This document shows positions 37,811-51,888 of a stretch of DNA of 64,000 nt, one piece after another. The notes below the pieces were generated by a model, which saw nothing but the letters and a program-made list of their open reading frames with translations, was not told where the DNA came from and searched no databases. Made by a program: the position numbers and the translations under genes. Origin of the DNA: Heptranchias perlo (lineage: Eukaryota); contig NW_027139559.1 of assembly GCF_035084215.1 (NCBI RefSeq), positions 7,440,001 through 7,504,000 on the forward strand. The letters run 5' to 3'. Within the stretch, counting starts at the first letter, position 1, and each line of letters opens with the position of its first letter.

Positions 37811-38173
37811 CCCGGAGCCGACCCGCCGCTCGGTTCCCTTTCAGAAACCTGAGACCCGGAGCGACCCGCCGCTCTGTCCCCTATCAGTAACCTGACACCC
37901 GGAGCGACCCGCCGCCCTGTCCCCTATCAGAAACCTGATACCCAGAGCGACCCGCCGCTCTGTCCCCTTTCAGAAACCTGACACCCAGAGCGACCCGCCG
38001 CCCTGTCCCCTATCAGAAACCTGACACCCAGAGCGACCCGCCGCTCTGTCCCCTTTCAGAAACCTGAGACCCGGAGCGACCCGCCGCTCTGTCCCCTTTC
38101 AGAAACCTGAGACCCGGAGCGACCCGCCGCACTGTCCCCTATCAGAAACCTGAGACCCGGAGTGACCCGCCGC
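37811..38173. repeat. 43-bp GC-rich minisatellite, ~8 copies
   Basis: CCCGGAGCGACCCGCCGCTCTGTCCCCTTTCAGAAACCTGAGA repeated. Confidence 0.93.
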
Positions 38174-39510
38174 CTGAGCCCTTTATTTCTATTGGCAAAT
38201 TGAAAATTCGATTGTTCCCGATTCTGTTGCTTGGCCGGAGTTCTGTTCTGGGGCCTCAGTTCCACCCCCCGACGCGCCCTCCCAGCCAAATCAAACTTGG
38301 CGGGTGTAGATGATTGACATTAGTTCATTACCAATAGTAAGCGCGGAGATGGACTGGAGTCCGATAGTCTGTTCATCGTCCACTCACAGTAGGGAGGGGG
38401 CGGGATTCTGCTGACCAGTGCGATGGATCCAAACCCAGTGTCTCTTTGTCTTAAACACTAAAGGAGACGGGCCGGGGATGTTTATTTATTTATCTTTTAA
38501 ATAAAGGATTATTTTTCAAAATATTAATTATTGAAAAAGAATGACGTTTTTAAAAACAAATGAAAAAGGCAACAGTGTGGTGAGCCAGAATATTATAGTA
38601 TTTATAAATAAATGTGTTGGATTTTCTGGAGTTTTATTATTAATTTTAGACAAAAGAAAATGTTGTAGCGAGGAAGGGTCGGCTCTAAAAGGGATAGTGC
38701 GCCCTCTGTTACTGTGCGGTCGCCAGTTAAAGGAACAGACACTGTTACCTTTCCCGCTCACCTCCAGCTGTACGCCCACTGATACTCTGCACGTCGAACA
38801 CCTCCTGGGATCACTTCCTATCCCATACTGTCCCGAAGGCGGACATTGAATGTCGATGCTTCAAGCTGTCTCCACCTGGTCTACAACTCAATTTCTTCCC
38901 ACCACAGGACTCAGACATCCACCTTGGACTCTCTCAGACTGTCTCCTTCCTTTTCTTAAATTTCCGACCAGTCTATAAGTTCGGTAGGAAATTGAAATCA
39001 ATGAACTTGCCCTCTCTCCTCGGAAATCACTGGCCTCCTGTCCTCCATTAACCTCTCGCTCCATATAAAATCCATATTCACGGCAACATGCTTGACCTTG
39101 TCATCTTATGTGGCATCTCTATTCCCATTGTCTCGATCACAGATAAGCCATCTCCACTACTTCCTTGTATCCCTCATGACCCATCGTCACAACTCAATTC
39201 TTCCCATATTCTGTCCAATCCTCCGAGAATGCACTCTGTGTTCTCTGATACACTTGATAAATCAGGGCTTTATTAAACTGTGTTGACGATATTCGCTAAA
39301 GTGTAAACTTCATCCAAGCACAGTTGGTAAAATGACCAAAAACTACAGGTTGTAGTCAATCTTTTACAAGAAACAAGAAATGATAGTACAAAAAAAAAAC
39401 TGATAGCATATATCCCAGTGACAATAATTCCACAGGTTGCTCTTTAATTGGTTCTTTTACCTTGAAAGGTCGAAGTGACTCACTGCTGCGAGGATTACAA
39501 TTGGAGACAC

Positions 39511-39658
39511 ATGTCGCCCTCCGCTGGTGGACACTGCACGGTGCAGTGGTTCCAGTAAGGTGGAAATGTCGCCGTCCGCTGGTGGACACTGCACGGTGCA
39601 GTGGTTCCAGTAAGGTGGAAATGTCGCCGTCCGCTGGTGGACACTGCACGGTGCAGTG
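39511..39658. repeat. 55-bp tandem repeat x2.7 with CTCF-like motif and perfect 17-bp palindrome per unit
   Basis: Units at 39511, 39566, 39621; CACTGCAC-G-GTGCAGTG; minus strand CCAGCGGA(G/C)GGCG. Confidence 0.85.
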
Positions 39659-40289
39659 ATTCTATTTTAAGCGGAAATAATTGTTACAATTAAAGAACAA
39701 TTACCAGTCATCTTTAAACTCGAATCTTAATCCTGCCGTTTCAGTGAAACAGACCACGGTTTTGCTCCAATCTCTGATTTGAGAACACGTTCGCAGCATT
39801 CACCGTTGTTCTTCCCGGCTTTGAACACAGGTGTAAAGGAATCTTCTTTTCCGTGTCCAGGAGCTCTGAACCACGGAAGAGAGCAGCTCGGACACATTTC
39901 TTAGACGCATCAAGATTGACCCCCACGGCGACTTTGCTGTCAGTAAAGAGAGACAAGAAAGACGAAAATCCCGTTTGCCCCTCTCAGTGTGGCCCTAAAG
40001 GACTGTGTCCAGGGTAAAGTTCTGTTCCCACCGTAAAATCCTGCCCCCGGATCGTCCTTTCTGAGCTCCAGTTAGGTGATGCTGAACACTCAGGTGGGAA
40101 ATACCAAAATCTACAACAACGTTTTTAAAACAATGCTGATTTACTTTACATTTATCCAGAATATTAAACCCCAGCCCAGTTACATGGGTTAGTAACATAA
40201 CCAGAAACAAGCTTCATCTATCAGAATGAACATGGTTCAGCCCTCGAGGTGATTTCAGCAATAACAGCAGAATCCAACCCCTGCAGTCA

Positions 40290-40920
40290 TAAGTGAACTC
40301 GCTGGTGCTTCAGTAGTTTGGATGAATTAGTGATTCCTTCCCACACATGGAGCAGACCAACGGTCTATACTCAGTGCGAACTCGCTGGTGTTTCAGCAGT
40401 TTGGATGAATTGGTGAATTCCTTCCCACACATGGAGCGGACTAACGGTCTATCCTCAGTTTGAACTCGCTGGTGAGTAAGCAGATGGGATGACAGAGTGA
40501 ATCCTTTTCAACACATGGAACATGTGAACGATCTCCCCCAGTGTGACTGCGTCGATGAGTTTCCAGCTGGGACTGGTCATTGAATCCCTTCCCACAGGCC
40601 CACAGTTCCACGGTTTCTACATGGTCCGGGTGTCCTTGTGTCTCTCCAGGTTGGACGATCAGCTGAAGTCTCGCCCACGCACAGAACACGTGCACGGTTT
40701 CACCCCGCTGTGAATGGTGCGATGTTTTTTCAGGCTCTGTGACTGGTTCAATCTCTTCCCCCAGTCAGTGCACTGGAACACTCTCACTCGGGTGTGTGTG
40801 TCTCGGTGCTTTTCCAGTCACACTGATGTTTGAAATCTCTTCCCACAGACAGACCAGACAAACAATTCTCCTTCCACATTCAAAGGCCGCTAATATTCAG
40901 GTCCTGGTGAATGGAGAGAC
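40290..40920 (-). pseudogene. C2H2 zinc-finger pseudogene 2
   Basis: [67 protein letters not shown] with stops and frameshifts. Confidence 0.85.
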
Positions 40921-42109
40921 TCTGTCAGAGCTTGAGATGATGTTTCGTTTGAGTTTCCCGTCTTCAAATCCTCCCCTTCTAATACCCTGCAAATGGAGTT
41001 TACAAACGTCATCACTGTAAATAGAGGATAAAAATTCAGAACAGAAAATTCTAGTATCTATGGAACATTCTTTCCTCTCCTTTTCCCCCAAAGCTGTAAA
41101 TCCCCGTCTCACACACTCCTCCTCCTCACTGTGCTCATTGTTTGAATTTTTTTTTTACTCGTTCACGGGATGTGGGCGTCGCTGGCGAGGCCAGCATTTA
41201 TTGCCCATCCCTAATTGCCCTCCAGATGGTGGTGCTGAGCCGCCTTCTTGAACCGCTGCAGTCCGTGTGGTGACGGTTCTCCCACAGTGCTGCTAGGAAG
41301 GGAGTTCCAGGATTTTGACCCAGCGACAATGAAGGAACGGCGATATATTTCCAAGTCAGGATGGTGTGTGACTTGGAGGGGAACGTGCAGGTGGTGTTGT
41401 CCCCATGTGCCTGCTGCTCTTGTCCTTCTAGCTGGTAGAGGTCGCGGGTTTTGGAGGTGCTGTCGAAGAAGCCTTGGCGAGTTCATCACTTGGTCACTTA
41501 TTTTTTCTTTCCACCTCTCCAAATATTTTTTCGTCCTCCCCTTAAAGTGCAAACTCAGACTATGGTTCAGTTCCACAGTCACTGGTTGCCACCAGTTTGC
41601 TGCCCAGGTGTCTGAGCTTTGAGTTTGAGTTTGTGTCGTTCACTGATGGTGTTCTAACCCGGTACCGGGGTCACTGGATCGCCATCGAGAGCAGGAGCCC
41701 TGGTGGATTTTACACCTGACATACCCCAGCGGCACTCAGTCTAGTTGTATTGTTCCATCTGGTATCAAATAACTAAGCACAGAATATGGATTAAACCCGG
41801 GTCATTCCTGGTCTGTACATGAGACTTGTGAAAACCTTTAAACAAATCTGTCTTCTGTCACTGCAAAAATTCTGAAATGTTTCCAAATGAAAGAAGGGAG
41901 TTAAACGGATCTTTAAGAAAAATCAGAGTTTTTTGAGGCACTGAGATCTCAAAATTCTAGCTCTCTCCCCATAAACCTGCATCCATCAAACCCCATCCCA
42001 TTCGCTTCCCATATCCCAAAATGAAGAAGTTTGAAGCCATTTCACCGAATACAGAAGGCGCCGACTGCTGACACGAAACATGTTACCACACATCACAGGC
42101 CGGTCGGTA

Positions 42110-43700
42110 ACAGAGCACGCCCATCAACCGCCCCGCCCACAACAGAGCCCATCAACGACCCCCCCCACAACAGAGCCCGCCCAGCAATACCACCTCCCAC
42201 CACAACAGAGTCCGCCTATGAACAACACCCCCACCACAACATAGCCCACTCCCCCCCCCGACAATAAAACCCGCCCATCAATATCCCCTCCCCCACAACA
42301 GAGCCCACACCCCGTCCCCACGACAGAGGCTGCCCTTCCCCCCATAACAGAGCTCGGCTGTATTCCCCCTCAGAAATGAGCCCGCAAATGCTCCCCACAC
42401 ACACAGAACCCGCCCTTCCTCCCACCTCACAATAAAGCTCGGCAATAATCCCAATCACAACAGAGCAAACCGATCCTCCCTGCACATCACGGAGCCAACC
42501 TGATCCTCCCCGCCCATCACAGAGACCACCTGATCCTCCCGGCCCATCACAGAGCCCACCTGATCCTCCCCGGCCATCACAGAGCCCACCTGATCCACCC
42601 CGCACATCACGGAGCCCACCTGATCCTCCCCGCCTATTACAGAGCCCACCTGATCCTCCCTGTACATTACAGAGCCCACCTGATCCTCCCTGCCCATCAC
42701 AGAGCCCACCTGATCCTCCCCGCACATCACGGAGCCCACCTGATCCTCCCCGCCTATTACAGAGCCCACCTGATCCACCCCGCACATCACGGAGCCCACC
42801 TGATCCTCCCCGCCTATTACATTGCCCACCTGATCCTCCCCGCACATCACGGAGCCCACCTGATCCTCCCTGTACATTACAGAGCCCACCTGATCCTCCC
42901 TGCCCATCACAGAGCCCACCTGATCCTCCCCGCCTATTACAGAACCCACCTGATGCCCCCGCCCATCACAGAGACCACCTGATCCTCCCCGCCTATTACA
43001 GAGCCCGCCTGATCCTCCCCGCCCATCACAGAGACCACCTGATTCTCGCCGCCTATTACAGAGCCCACCTGATCCTCCCCGCCTATTACAGAGCCCACCT
43101 GATCCTCCGCGCCCATCACAGAGCCCACCTGATCCTCAGCGCCCATCACAGAGCCCACCTGATCCTCCCTGCCTATTACAGAGCCCACATGATCCTCGCC
43201 GCCTATTACAGAGCCCACCTGATCCTCCCTGCCTATTACAGAACCCACCTGATCCCCCCGCCCATCAGAGAGCCCACCTGATCCTCCCCGCCCATTACAG
43301 AGCCCACACGATCCTCCATGCCCATCACAGAGCCCACCAGACCCTCCCCGCCCATTACAGAGACCATCTGATCCTCCCCGCCTATTACAGAACCCATCTG
43401 ATCCTCCCAACCCATTACAGTGCCCGCCAAATCCCCCTTGTCATTTAGTGAGCCTACCTGATCCTTGCTGTCCATTACCGAGCCCATCTGATCCTCCCGC
43501 CCATTACAGAGGCTATCTGATCCTCCCTGTCCATTACAGAGCCCATGTAATCCTACCCCTCCCACATTGCAGACGACAGCACATCCTCTCTGCACATTAA
43601 AGCGCACCAGACACAATTATCCACCCCACGACCCACAGCAGATCCTATTTGATACTCCCTGTCCATTACAGAGCCCTCCTGATGTCTCTCTCCATTACAA
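42110..43700. repeat. 30-bp minisatellite (GCCCATCACAGAGCCCACCTGATCCTCCCC), homogeneous core 42460-43550
   Basis: More than 35 copies; generates spurious Gly-rich ORFs. Confidence 0.95.
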
Positions 43701-45534
43701 AGCCCACCCAACCTCTCTGACCATTACAAAGCCCGTCTCAGGCTGGATTACCCAATCGACACTGACTGTATCTATACTGACGTTGACCCAAACTCCTCAT
43801 GGTTTCACGAAATAGCCCTTCGCCAGCGTCCTGTCCGACTAATTGTATCTGTACTGACGTTTACCCAAACTCCTCATGGTGTCATTCAATAGCCCTTCGC
43901 CAGCGTCCTGGCCCACTAATATTATCTGTACTGACCTTCATTCGGAAATGCGAAGTTATACAAAGACTTACCGAGAATCCGTCTCGAATGGCCGCTAAAA
44001 TAACCACAATCCCTTGTGTTTCAGGAACCCCCTTTTTAATTCATTCATTGGACGTGGGCGTCGCTGGCACGGCCAGCATTTATTGCAGGGGGAGTGGAGG
44101 GGAAGATGAATTTGTTCGTGACATCACGCTGGGGATTGTGGAAATGGCGGACGATGATACCTTGAATGTGGTGGCTGGTGAGGTGAAAGGTGAGGACAAG
44201 GGGGACCTTATAGTGCTTCTGGGAGGGAGGGGAAGAGGTGAGGACAGAATGCAGGAAATGGGACAGACACGGTCGAGGGACCTGTCAACAACAATGGAGG
44301 GGAATCCTCAGTTGACAAAAAATAGTAATATCGGAAACATTGGAAGCTCCCAGTGATCCCACAGTGTCCCACCGACCCCATGTTGTCCCAGTGATCCCAC
44401 AGTGTCCCTGTGGTGCGACAATGCCCACAGTGATGCCACGATGATCAAAAAATGACCCCACAGTGACCCAGTGATCCCAAAGTGCTCCCAGTGATCGCAC
44501 AGTTAACCAGATACAGCTCACGTGAGCCCCATTGAGAGCCACCTCCGGTGAATGCCTCGGTCATTCCCCTCTGGAGAGAAAGCCTCTTGTCTAAAGATTC
44601 GTCCTCCCAAATTTTAGCTTTCCACGTCTTCATGTTACAGCATTTACACAAAAAAATCCTCTGCAGAGAGTTAGAATGAGATAAAGGAATTGATTAAAAT
44701 CAAAGCAAGGGATTAAAAAGGCACAGCAAGAGCCCAGATCGAACTCACACTCACTCACTCACGCACTCATTCCGTTACACAGGCAATCTCTCAGCAAACA
44801 CCATTGACAAACGAAATCCCCATTTACAAAGCAGAGAATCTAAAGAGGAGAGAGAAAAGTTGGGAATGGGGAGAAAGAGAAAGACACTCAGTACAGCCTG
44901 AAGAGCACATGTTGCTTCTCTCCACAATTGAAGTTTGCAGGTTTTTTTTTTCTCCTGCTTTGCCACGCACTCACAAACTCCCCCTTAAACGTGCCGGTCT
45001 GTCTGTCTGTCCTTGTTAGCGTTTGCTGCAGAATCCAAACGGTCCCTGTGTTCGTTTTCCCTTCTGTTCCTGGAGCAGGGAATAAAACGCCTGTAGTTTG
45101 TGGTCAACTTCCAATTTGTGGCTTTTTCCAATTAGCCAACGTGTTAAAACAAATTCTAGACATTCAGAGGTGCCAAAACAATAAATCGTTTTTAAAAATC
45201 TAATCCACAGCAAGATCCCTCACTTAGTTTCAGGCTCAACCTCTCACTAACATTCATTTACACAGAAACAAAGCCCAGTTTATATGGCAGATGGATCTAA
45301 AGTGTGAAAGATTGGGAAATGACCTTGATAGACAAAAACAACCTGTATTTATATATTATAACAACTATTACAAAAAGCCCCCATTCGGACCGTGGGGAAA
45401 GAGCAGAGGAGGAAACAGGACTAATTGGATTGTCCTTTAAAGGAGCCAGCACAGGCATAATGGACCGAATGACCTCCTCCTGTGCCGTACCTATGATGAT
45501 ATTGTGAACAACAGATTCACTGCCCTGAACTGGA

Positions 45535-45710
45535 AACAAAATGGCCCGCTGCACGGAGGTAATTTATTGAGGGACAAGTGGCCATGTTAAAAAAAGTGTT
45601 ATCATGAAGTTTAAACAAAATAGCCGCCCTGAATATGAAACAAAATGGCCGCCAGTGAGGCAGCCGTCTTACTGATGGGTAAAGCGGCCACCTAACTGAG
45701 GGACAAGGCG
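45535..45710. promoter_or_regulatory. Cluster of YY1-like motifs
   Basis: AAAATGGCCCGC, AAAATAGCCGCC, AAAATGGCCGCC within ~120 bp. Confidence 0.3.
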
Positions 45711-47399
45711 GATGCTTGTTGTATTGAGAGACACGGAGAAGGTTCATTTGCTGCTCCTGTTAAATCACAGTTCCACTCTAGTTAAAGATACAAACTGAGT
45801 GAGACTGGAACTAGTTGCTGTTAAACATAAGTGCAGTCGTGCAGTGAGGGAATTAAACAAGAAAGGGTGAATTTCTGCAAAGAAAATGAACATTTAACAT
45901 TTGGTTATTTGAACATAATGCTTACGGAGAAGGAGAGACCAGACATTCAGAGGAAAGGTCAAATTACTCATTTTATGTAAAGAATGTCGTTGTAGCTTTT
46001 ATTGAATAAATCAGATTAAAGTTGGACTCAATCTAAATATAGCTCTGATCTGGGATTTAATTTATTTCTCCAAAGTTCATATTTTTCTTTAAGCTGAAAC
46101 AATAACAATATTTGTAAAGTAACAGAGCAGGAGAGTGCTGCGGGGTCCTGTCTAGTTTAGCAAAACTGTAGAAGGGTTAAGAGTACATTGTGATTTATTA
46201 CAGAATCCAATAACTTATTGGGGGAGTTTCACATGGTACAAATGTAGGAATAAAAAAAGGTGCAAAATGATTTTAGACTTCAATTTGCAAAAGGTTTAAT
46301 TTTACATTTAACTTAATGAGCTATGTTGCCGAAAGAAACTTCAGGCATAAACCTTGGCTTGATGAAGAAAACAATCATTTATTATTGTTAGTAATACACC
46401 AGTAAAAATGACATTAGAATTTATCAACATCTTGGGTTTAAGACCGATTTAGAATTGCTTTAGCAACAATAAAAAAACACATCCTGAATCCCCCAAATCC
46501 ATAACCGTTTGGAAATCAAATGTGCACCTTAAACTAACCCCATAACGAAAGTGATATGCTCATGGTTGGCTCAAGCTTGCTGGGAAGGTTGCAGATATTT
46601 TTTGATTGATACGGTAGTTGTGTAGCGTGCATTTCTCATGTAGTCAGGTCACCTGCTTCACAGGCAATCTGTAAACCTGCATGGAGGCACCAAGCTGTGT
46701 GTTAGTGAGTATAATGAACAGTTCAGCTGAGGTGGTGCTGCCAGGAAGCGAAATGTGAGGATGGGACAGTCGTGGTGGATCTGTGCCTCTCCCCACTCAA
46801 CTTCTGTGCAGCTTATAAAATCCGTTTGAATACAGAACCACGCCTCTGGGACGATGACTTGTCAACAATACGTTCTTACAAATGCAACCCACGATTGATT
46901 GACACCAAATTTGTTTTCTCTCAGTGTCCACAACTTAACGAAATTAAGTCCGCAGGTGTTCTAACTACCTCTAGCCCCCCCTGGAATCGTTCTTGTTGAC
47001 ATGGTGATCTATCCTCCGCTGTGTGATCTTCTTTTACAATGTGTCATTAACAATCCGATTAACAGTCCTTCCACCTTTTAAAAGTCATTTACCTTCAGAC
47101 GTGCTGAAGCCGATTTAATATCAGGCTTTCGTTTATCGGAAGAATGTTTGCCTCACAGAGCAGCTGCGAATCTCCCACAGAAAATAATGGTCAGGGTCAG
47201 GTAAATAAGACTGAGTGATTTTATTGTGCAGCCTCCAGGTATCACCTTTCGAACTGTCAAAATTAAATCCACAAAAATGTAACCCCAGAACAGACATGAA
47301 CTGTCTGGCCTGCTTCATCTGTTGCTGTTCTGCTAGTCAGCACCCTCACACTCCAGGCTGATCATACAGTTTATTTGGCTATTTAATGGTTTCTGCCTC

Positions 47400-48914
47400 T
47401 ACCTTGCTGTCACGTTTTATCTTTGTTCATGTTTCTACGTGTCTGTCCTCTGTGTATATCGTTTATCTCTGTTTATCTCCTGTGTGTTTTTCAATCTTGT
47501 TTTTTACATTTCTACTTTAATTTCTGTCTCTCTGGTGCTGTTTGTATCTCTATCTTTTTCTTCCTGTTATTCTTGGCTTTTTTCTATGCGCCTCTCTCTC
47601 TGTCTGCATGACGCTGCCTATCTTCTCTCTTTGCCTTCTCTGTCTGTTTTTCACATCAGCTTCCCTGCCCCTTTCCCTCGTTGTCTCTCCCTCTCTCTGA
47701 CTTCATCCGTCTTTTTATCTTTCCACCTCTCTCTCCGTATCCTTCTCTCTCTTTTTATTCCCTCTGTCGATCTCGCTCTTTGTTTCTCTCTGTGTATCTA
47801 CTTTTCCGTTTTCCTTTTCTCTACCTCGTTCTTCCTTCTCCCTTTTTTCATCCGTCTTTATTTCATTCTGTTTATGTCCCACTCTCTCCAGCTCTGTTTC
47901 TGTCTACTTCTTTCTTTCTGTTGCGAGTTGACTTCCCGATCTCTTCTTTTCATCTGGTTCTGTACTTCATTCCATTTCTTTCAATCTCGGTTTGAATTGT
48001 CGTATTTCTCCTCCTCTTTTCTGTTTTCTATTTTCTCCTTGCTTTCTAGTCCTCTTTCTTTCTCTATCTTATTGTCTTACTTCATGTCTGACCCTCTCCT
48101 CCTCTGCCTCTCTATCAGTCTCTGGTTATTTTGAATTGATTTCTTCTGTCTATTTATCTCTCCGATTCTAGCACGTTGTAATTCCTCGTCAGTGTATCTT
48201 TCTCTGGTTCCATTCATGAGTGCGTTCTCTCTCTCTCTGACACATATATATATATATATATAATATATCTCCGCTTTTTTTCTTCCTTTATTTTTCTCTC
48301 TTGTCTTAATAAATCTCCTTATTTTTCTCCATCTCTGCCCCTCTTTGATTCGATCTCACTCACACAGATTGCCACACCCCTCCGCCTTTTATGTGAATCT
48401 GTCTTACTTTTCTTTGTATTTTGATCATTATATTTCTTTTGTCGTTGTGTTCTCTCTCCGTGTCTTTCTATTTTAATTTTTGTCTCTCTCCATATCACTT
48501 CTTTTCTCTGGCCCACGTGCTGCCTTCCCTCTGTTTCTTCACTTCATGCTTTTTCCTTTCTGTGTTTATTTCTGACTATCGTTGTTTGTTTCTCCGGCAA
48601 TATCTCTCTCTGTCTTTATGTCTTTCTAGTGGTCTCTCATGTTTTTTTTTCTGTCTTTACCTTTCTCCTCCTTAGTCACTGATTATTATGATGCATTTTC
48701 ATTCTATTCCTTTCTGTCTCTCTCTTCCCTATTATCTCTCCCTCTATCTCTATATCTGTTTCTGACTTTGACTCTCCCATTCTCTCACTTTCACTTTCTG
48801 CCTGCCTGTTTTATTATGTCCCCTTGTGTAACTGTGTCTCCTCCTTTCCATGCCTCCCTCTCTTCCTTTCTTTCTCTTCCACTCTCTCTCTCTCATACAC
48901 ACACACAAACACAG

Positions 48915-48950
<36 letters not shown>
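47400..48950. repeat. Pyrimidine-rich low-complexity tract ending in (CA)n
   Basis: CT-rich sequence; (CA)n at ~48897-48948; second CT tract at 50060-50650. Confidence 0.9.
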
Positions 48951-49009
48951 CAGAAGCAGCAGTGAATATCCTACACGGTAGTTCGACACAATTCAATTAC
49001 TTGATAATT

Positions 49010-49855
49010 GAAACAGAATTCAGGAGAACATGGACAGACTGGTGAAATGGGCAGACATGTGGCCGATTAAATTTAATGCAGAGAAGTGTGAAGTGACGCA
49101 TTTTGGTAGGAAGAATGGGGAGAGGCAATATAAAACAAATGGTACAATTTTAAAAGTTTTGTAGGTACAGAATACTAAGGGTTTAGGTACACACAACTTT
49201 GAAGGCGGCAGGACAGATTGATAAGTCTCATTAAAAAGCATTGGCTTTATAAATAGAGACATAGAGTTTAAAAACAAGGAATTTATGCTAAACCTTCATC
49301 AATCACCCGATATGCCTCATTCTGGGCACCACACTTTAGGAAAGACGTCAGGTTCTTCAAGGGGCTGCAGGAGATACATACAAGAATGGTACTAGGCATG
49401 ATGAACTGCTTTTATGTGGAGAAAGTGGAGACGCTGGGATTGTTCTCCGCAGAGCAGGGAACGTTAGGGAGAGATTTAATGGAGCTGTTCAATATTCTGA
49501 GGGATTTTGATGGAATAAATAGGGAGAAACTGTTTCCATTGGTCCGAGAGGCGGTTATCAATTTTCACAGATTTAAGATAATAGGCAAAAAAACCAAGGG
49601 GAGATGAGGAGGCTTTATTCTACGCAGCGAGTTGTTAGGATCTGGAAAGAACTACTTGAAAGGGTGGTGGAAGCAGGTTCAATAGTAAATTTAAAAAGGG
49701 AATTGGATACATACTCGAATGGGAGAAAATTGCAGGGATATGGGAATAGAGTAGGGGTGTGGGACTAATTGGATATGTCTTTCAAAGAGCCGGCACCGGC
49801 ACGATGGGCCAAATGGCCTCCTTCTGCGCTGTAAGATTCTATGATTCCATTTATG
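49010..49855 (+). mobile_element. CR1-like LINE 3' fragment
   Basis: WADMWPIKFNAEKCEV remnant through ATTCTATG tail. Confidence 0.85.
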
Positions 49856-50950
49856 TGATCACTACGGGAGGAATGTTCGACGGCCGGAGATCAAGAAAGT
49901 TCATTCCCATAAGTCAGGTGAGAAATGTTGGTCGGGATAAATTTAAACCCATAATTATAGAGAGGGAATTACATATAGGGGGATTATAAAATGATTATAT
50001 TTTGAAGCATTATACGGCACCTGCAACTGACCATTTCACTAGTGGTCTCCATACCCAACGCTCTGGTTCTCTCTCTCTCCTTCTCATGCTCTGTTTTACT
50101 CTCTCGGCTTACCTCTTTCTCTGCCACCGCTCCCACTATCTCTCTGTTTCTTGGTCTTTCTCTCTCTCCCTCTCAGTCTGGCTCTCTTTTTCCCTGTTTT
50201 CTCTTTTTTTTTGGTTATGGTGTGTTCATGTGCAGTAAACCAAAAAAAAAATAAGCGTCAAATTATAATTTTATAATATCGGTCCTGTTTTCTCTTCTTG
50301 TTTCACTCTGTCTTTCTTTCTCTCTGTATGTGTGTCTCTCTCTTTTTTCACTCTCTGTCCCTCTGTCTCTCTGCCTCTCCCTCTCTCTCTATCTCCGTCT
50401 CTCCCTCTACCCCCGTCTCTCTCTCTATCTATCACTCTCTTTCTCTCTATGCCTCTGCAACTGTCTCTCTTTCTGTCTCGCGATCCCTCAGTCTCTCGAG
50501 TCTCTCTCGCTTTCTCCCTGTCACTCCCTGTCTCTCTCTCCCCCTGTCTCTCTGTGTCTCGATTCGTCTCTCTCTCTCTCTGTTTCTCTCTTTCCCTCTG
50601 TTTATCTGTCTCTCTCACTTTCTCCCTCTCCCTCTCTCTGTCTCTCTATATCACCACTTACGTGGAGTGCACCGATTCCGATCAGGCCCACCGCAGCTAC
50701 TTTGATTGCCAGATTTGCCCATTTTGCAGGGCGGTCATTTAGGATAAGTACATTTGAGCTGTTTAATGCTGCCATTTTGATCAACAATTCAAATGTTGTC
50801 TGCAAAGCAAATCCTACCTCAATATATCAGATAATCAATAAAATATAACATCAGAATCCGATTAAAGATCATTTCATGGCTCTGTGCTGCTAATTTAAAA
50901 TGTACTTTCCGTCCCCTGGGAAGTGTGGAGGATGGAGTATGAAATGGGAT

Positions 50951-51888
50951 TCAGTTCTCCTGCTTGAAACCCTTCAGCTCTTTCTGTGATCTCACTAATT
51001 TAACAATTAGATTGAGTGGGTATTTTACCGCGTTCTTCAGCTCCTCTCTGAATTTAGTCTGGGTCAGGACATAAATACACGTGTTTGTGCAGGAACTGAG
51101 AAGCTGCAGCATAACTGATGTGTGTTCTGTGATATAAACAGGGTCAGTGTAGGAGTAATAATACCGAATGTCTGTTACTCGCAGATGAATGTAAAATGCA
51201 ACCCGTGGCAACCATAACACAATAAAACTGCCCGATATACTGAAGAGCAAAATGATGGATTTCTTTCGGTTCTCCATCTCTGGATCCTTGTGATTCTCTC
51301 CATTGCTCCGGCTGCGGAATCCCCCGCGGACTCGACTGGAGATTAAAATACGTCTGACTGTCAGAGCATTGAGCAGCAAAATCAGACAGAACGGAAGGAA
51401 AGGAGTTAAAGTGAGGTGAAACATGTCAAATGCGGCCCATGCAGGGGAAGTAAGGTAGCTCAGTTTAAGCATGCAACCCAGGGGAACATTATGCATTATA
51501 ACTCCAGGTTCATATGTAAAGTACCAGGGGAGACTCTCTAAACAGCCCAGAACACTCACTGTTCCCAGAACCACAGCCGCCGTTTTCTCAGTGCAATATT
51601 TAATTTTCAGCTTCTCATAACAAATGGCCACAAATCGATCAAAGGTGAAAGCGACTGTTAACCAAACAGAAACAACCCCGGTTGCATAACTCAAGAAAAT
51701 AATAAAACTACACACGGGAGTAATGAACAGGAATGAACCTCGGAAATAAATCGCACCAATCCACCTCAATATCACACCAGCTGTAACGACCAGGAGATCG
51801 GCCACTGCCATTGCCAACAGATAGCGACCAATACATTTGGAGAGACCGCACTTTCCTCGGGACAGAATCACAATCGCCACCAAGTTAA
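50951..51888 (-). CDS. GPR139/GPR142-like class A GPCR, exon 2 (TM1 second half to C-terminus)
   Basis: Open 938-nt exon: VNLVAIVIL, MAVADLL, FTFDRFVAIC, LWLP, SSCTNTCIY; acceptor TCTCTCTTACAG ending at 51889; stop TGA 50953-50951. Confidence 0.9.

Noticed and set aside
42124-43616. Gly-rich and GEDQVGSV repeat ORFs
   Set aside because: Translations of the 30-bp minisatellite
47423-50848. Long hydrophobic Leu/Ser/Phe ORFs resembling membrane proteins
   Set aside because: Arise from CT-rich low-complexity DNA lacking stop codons
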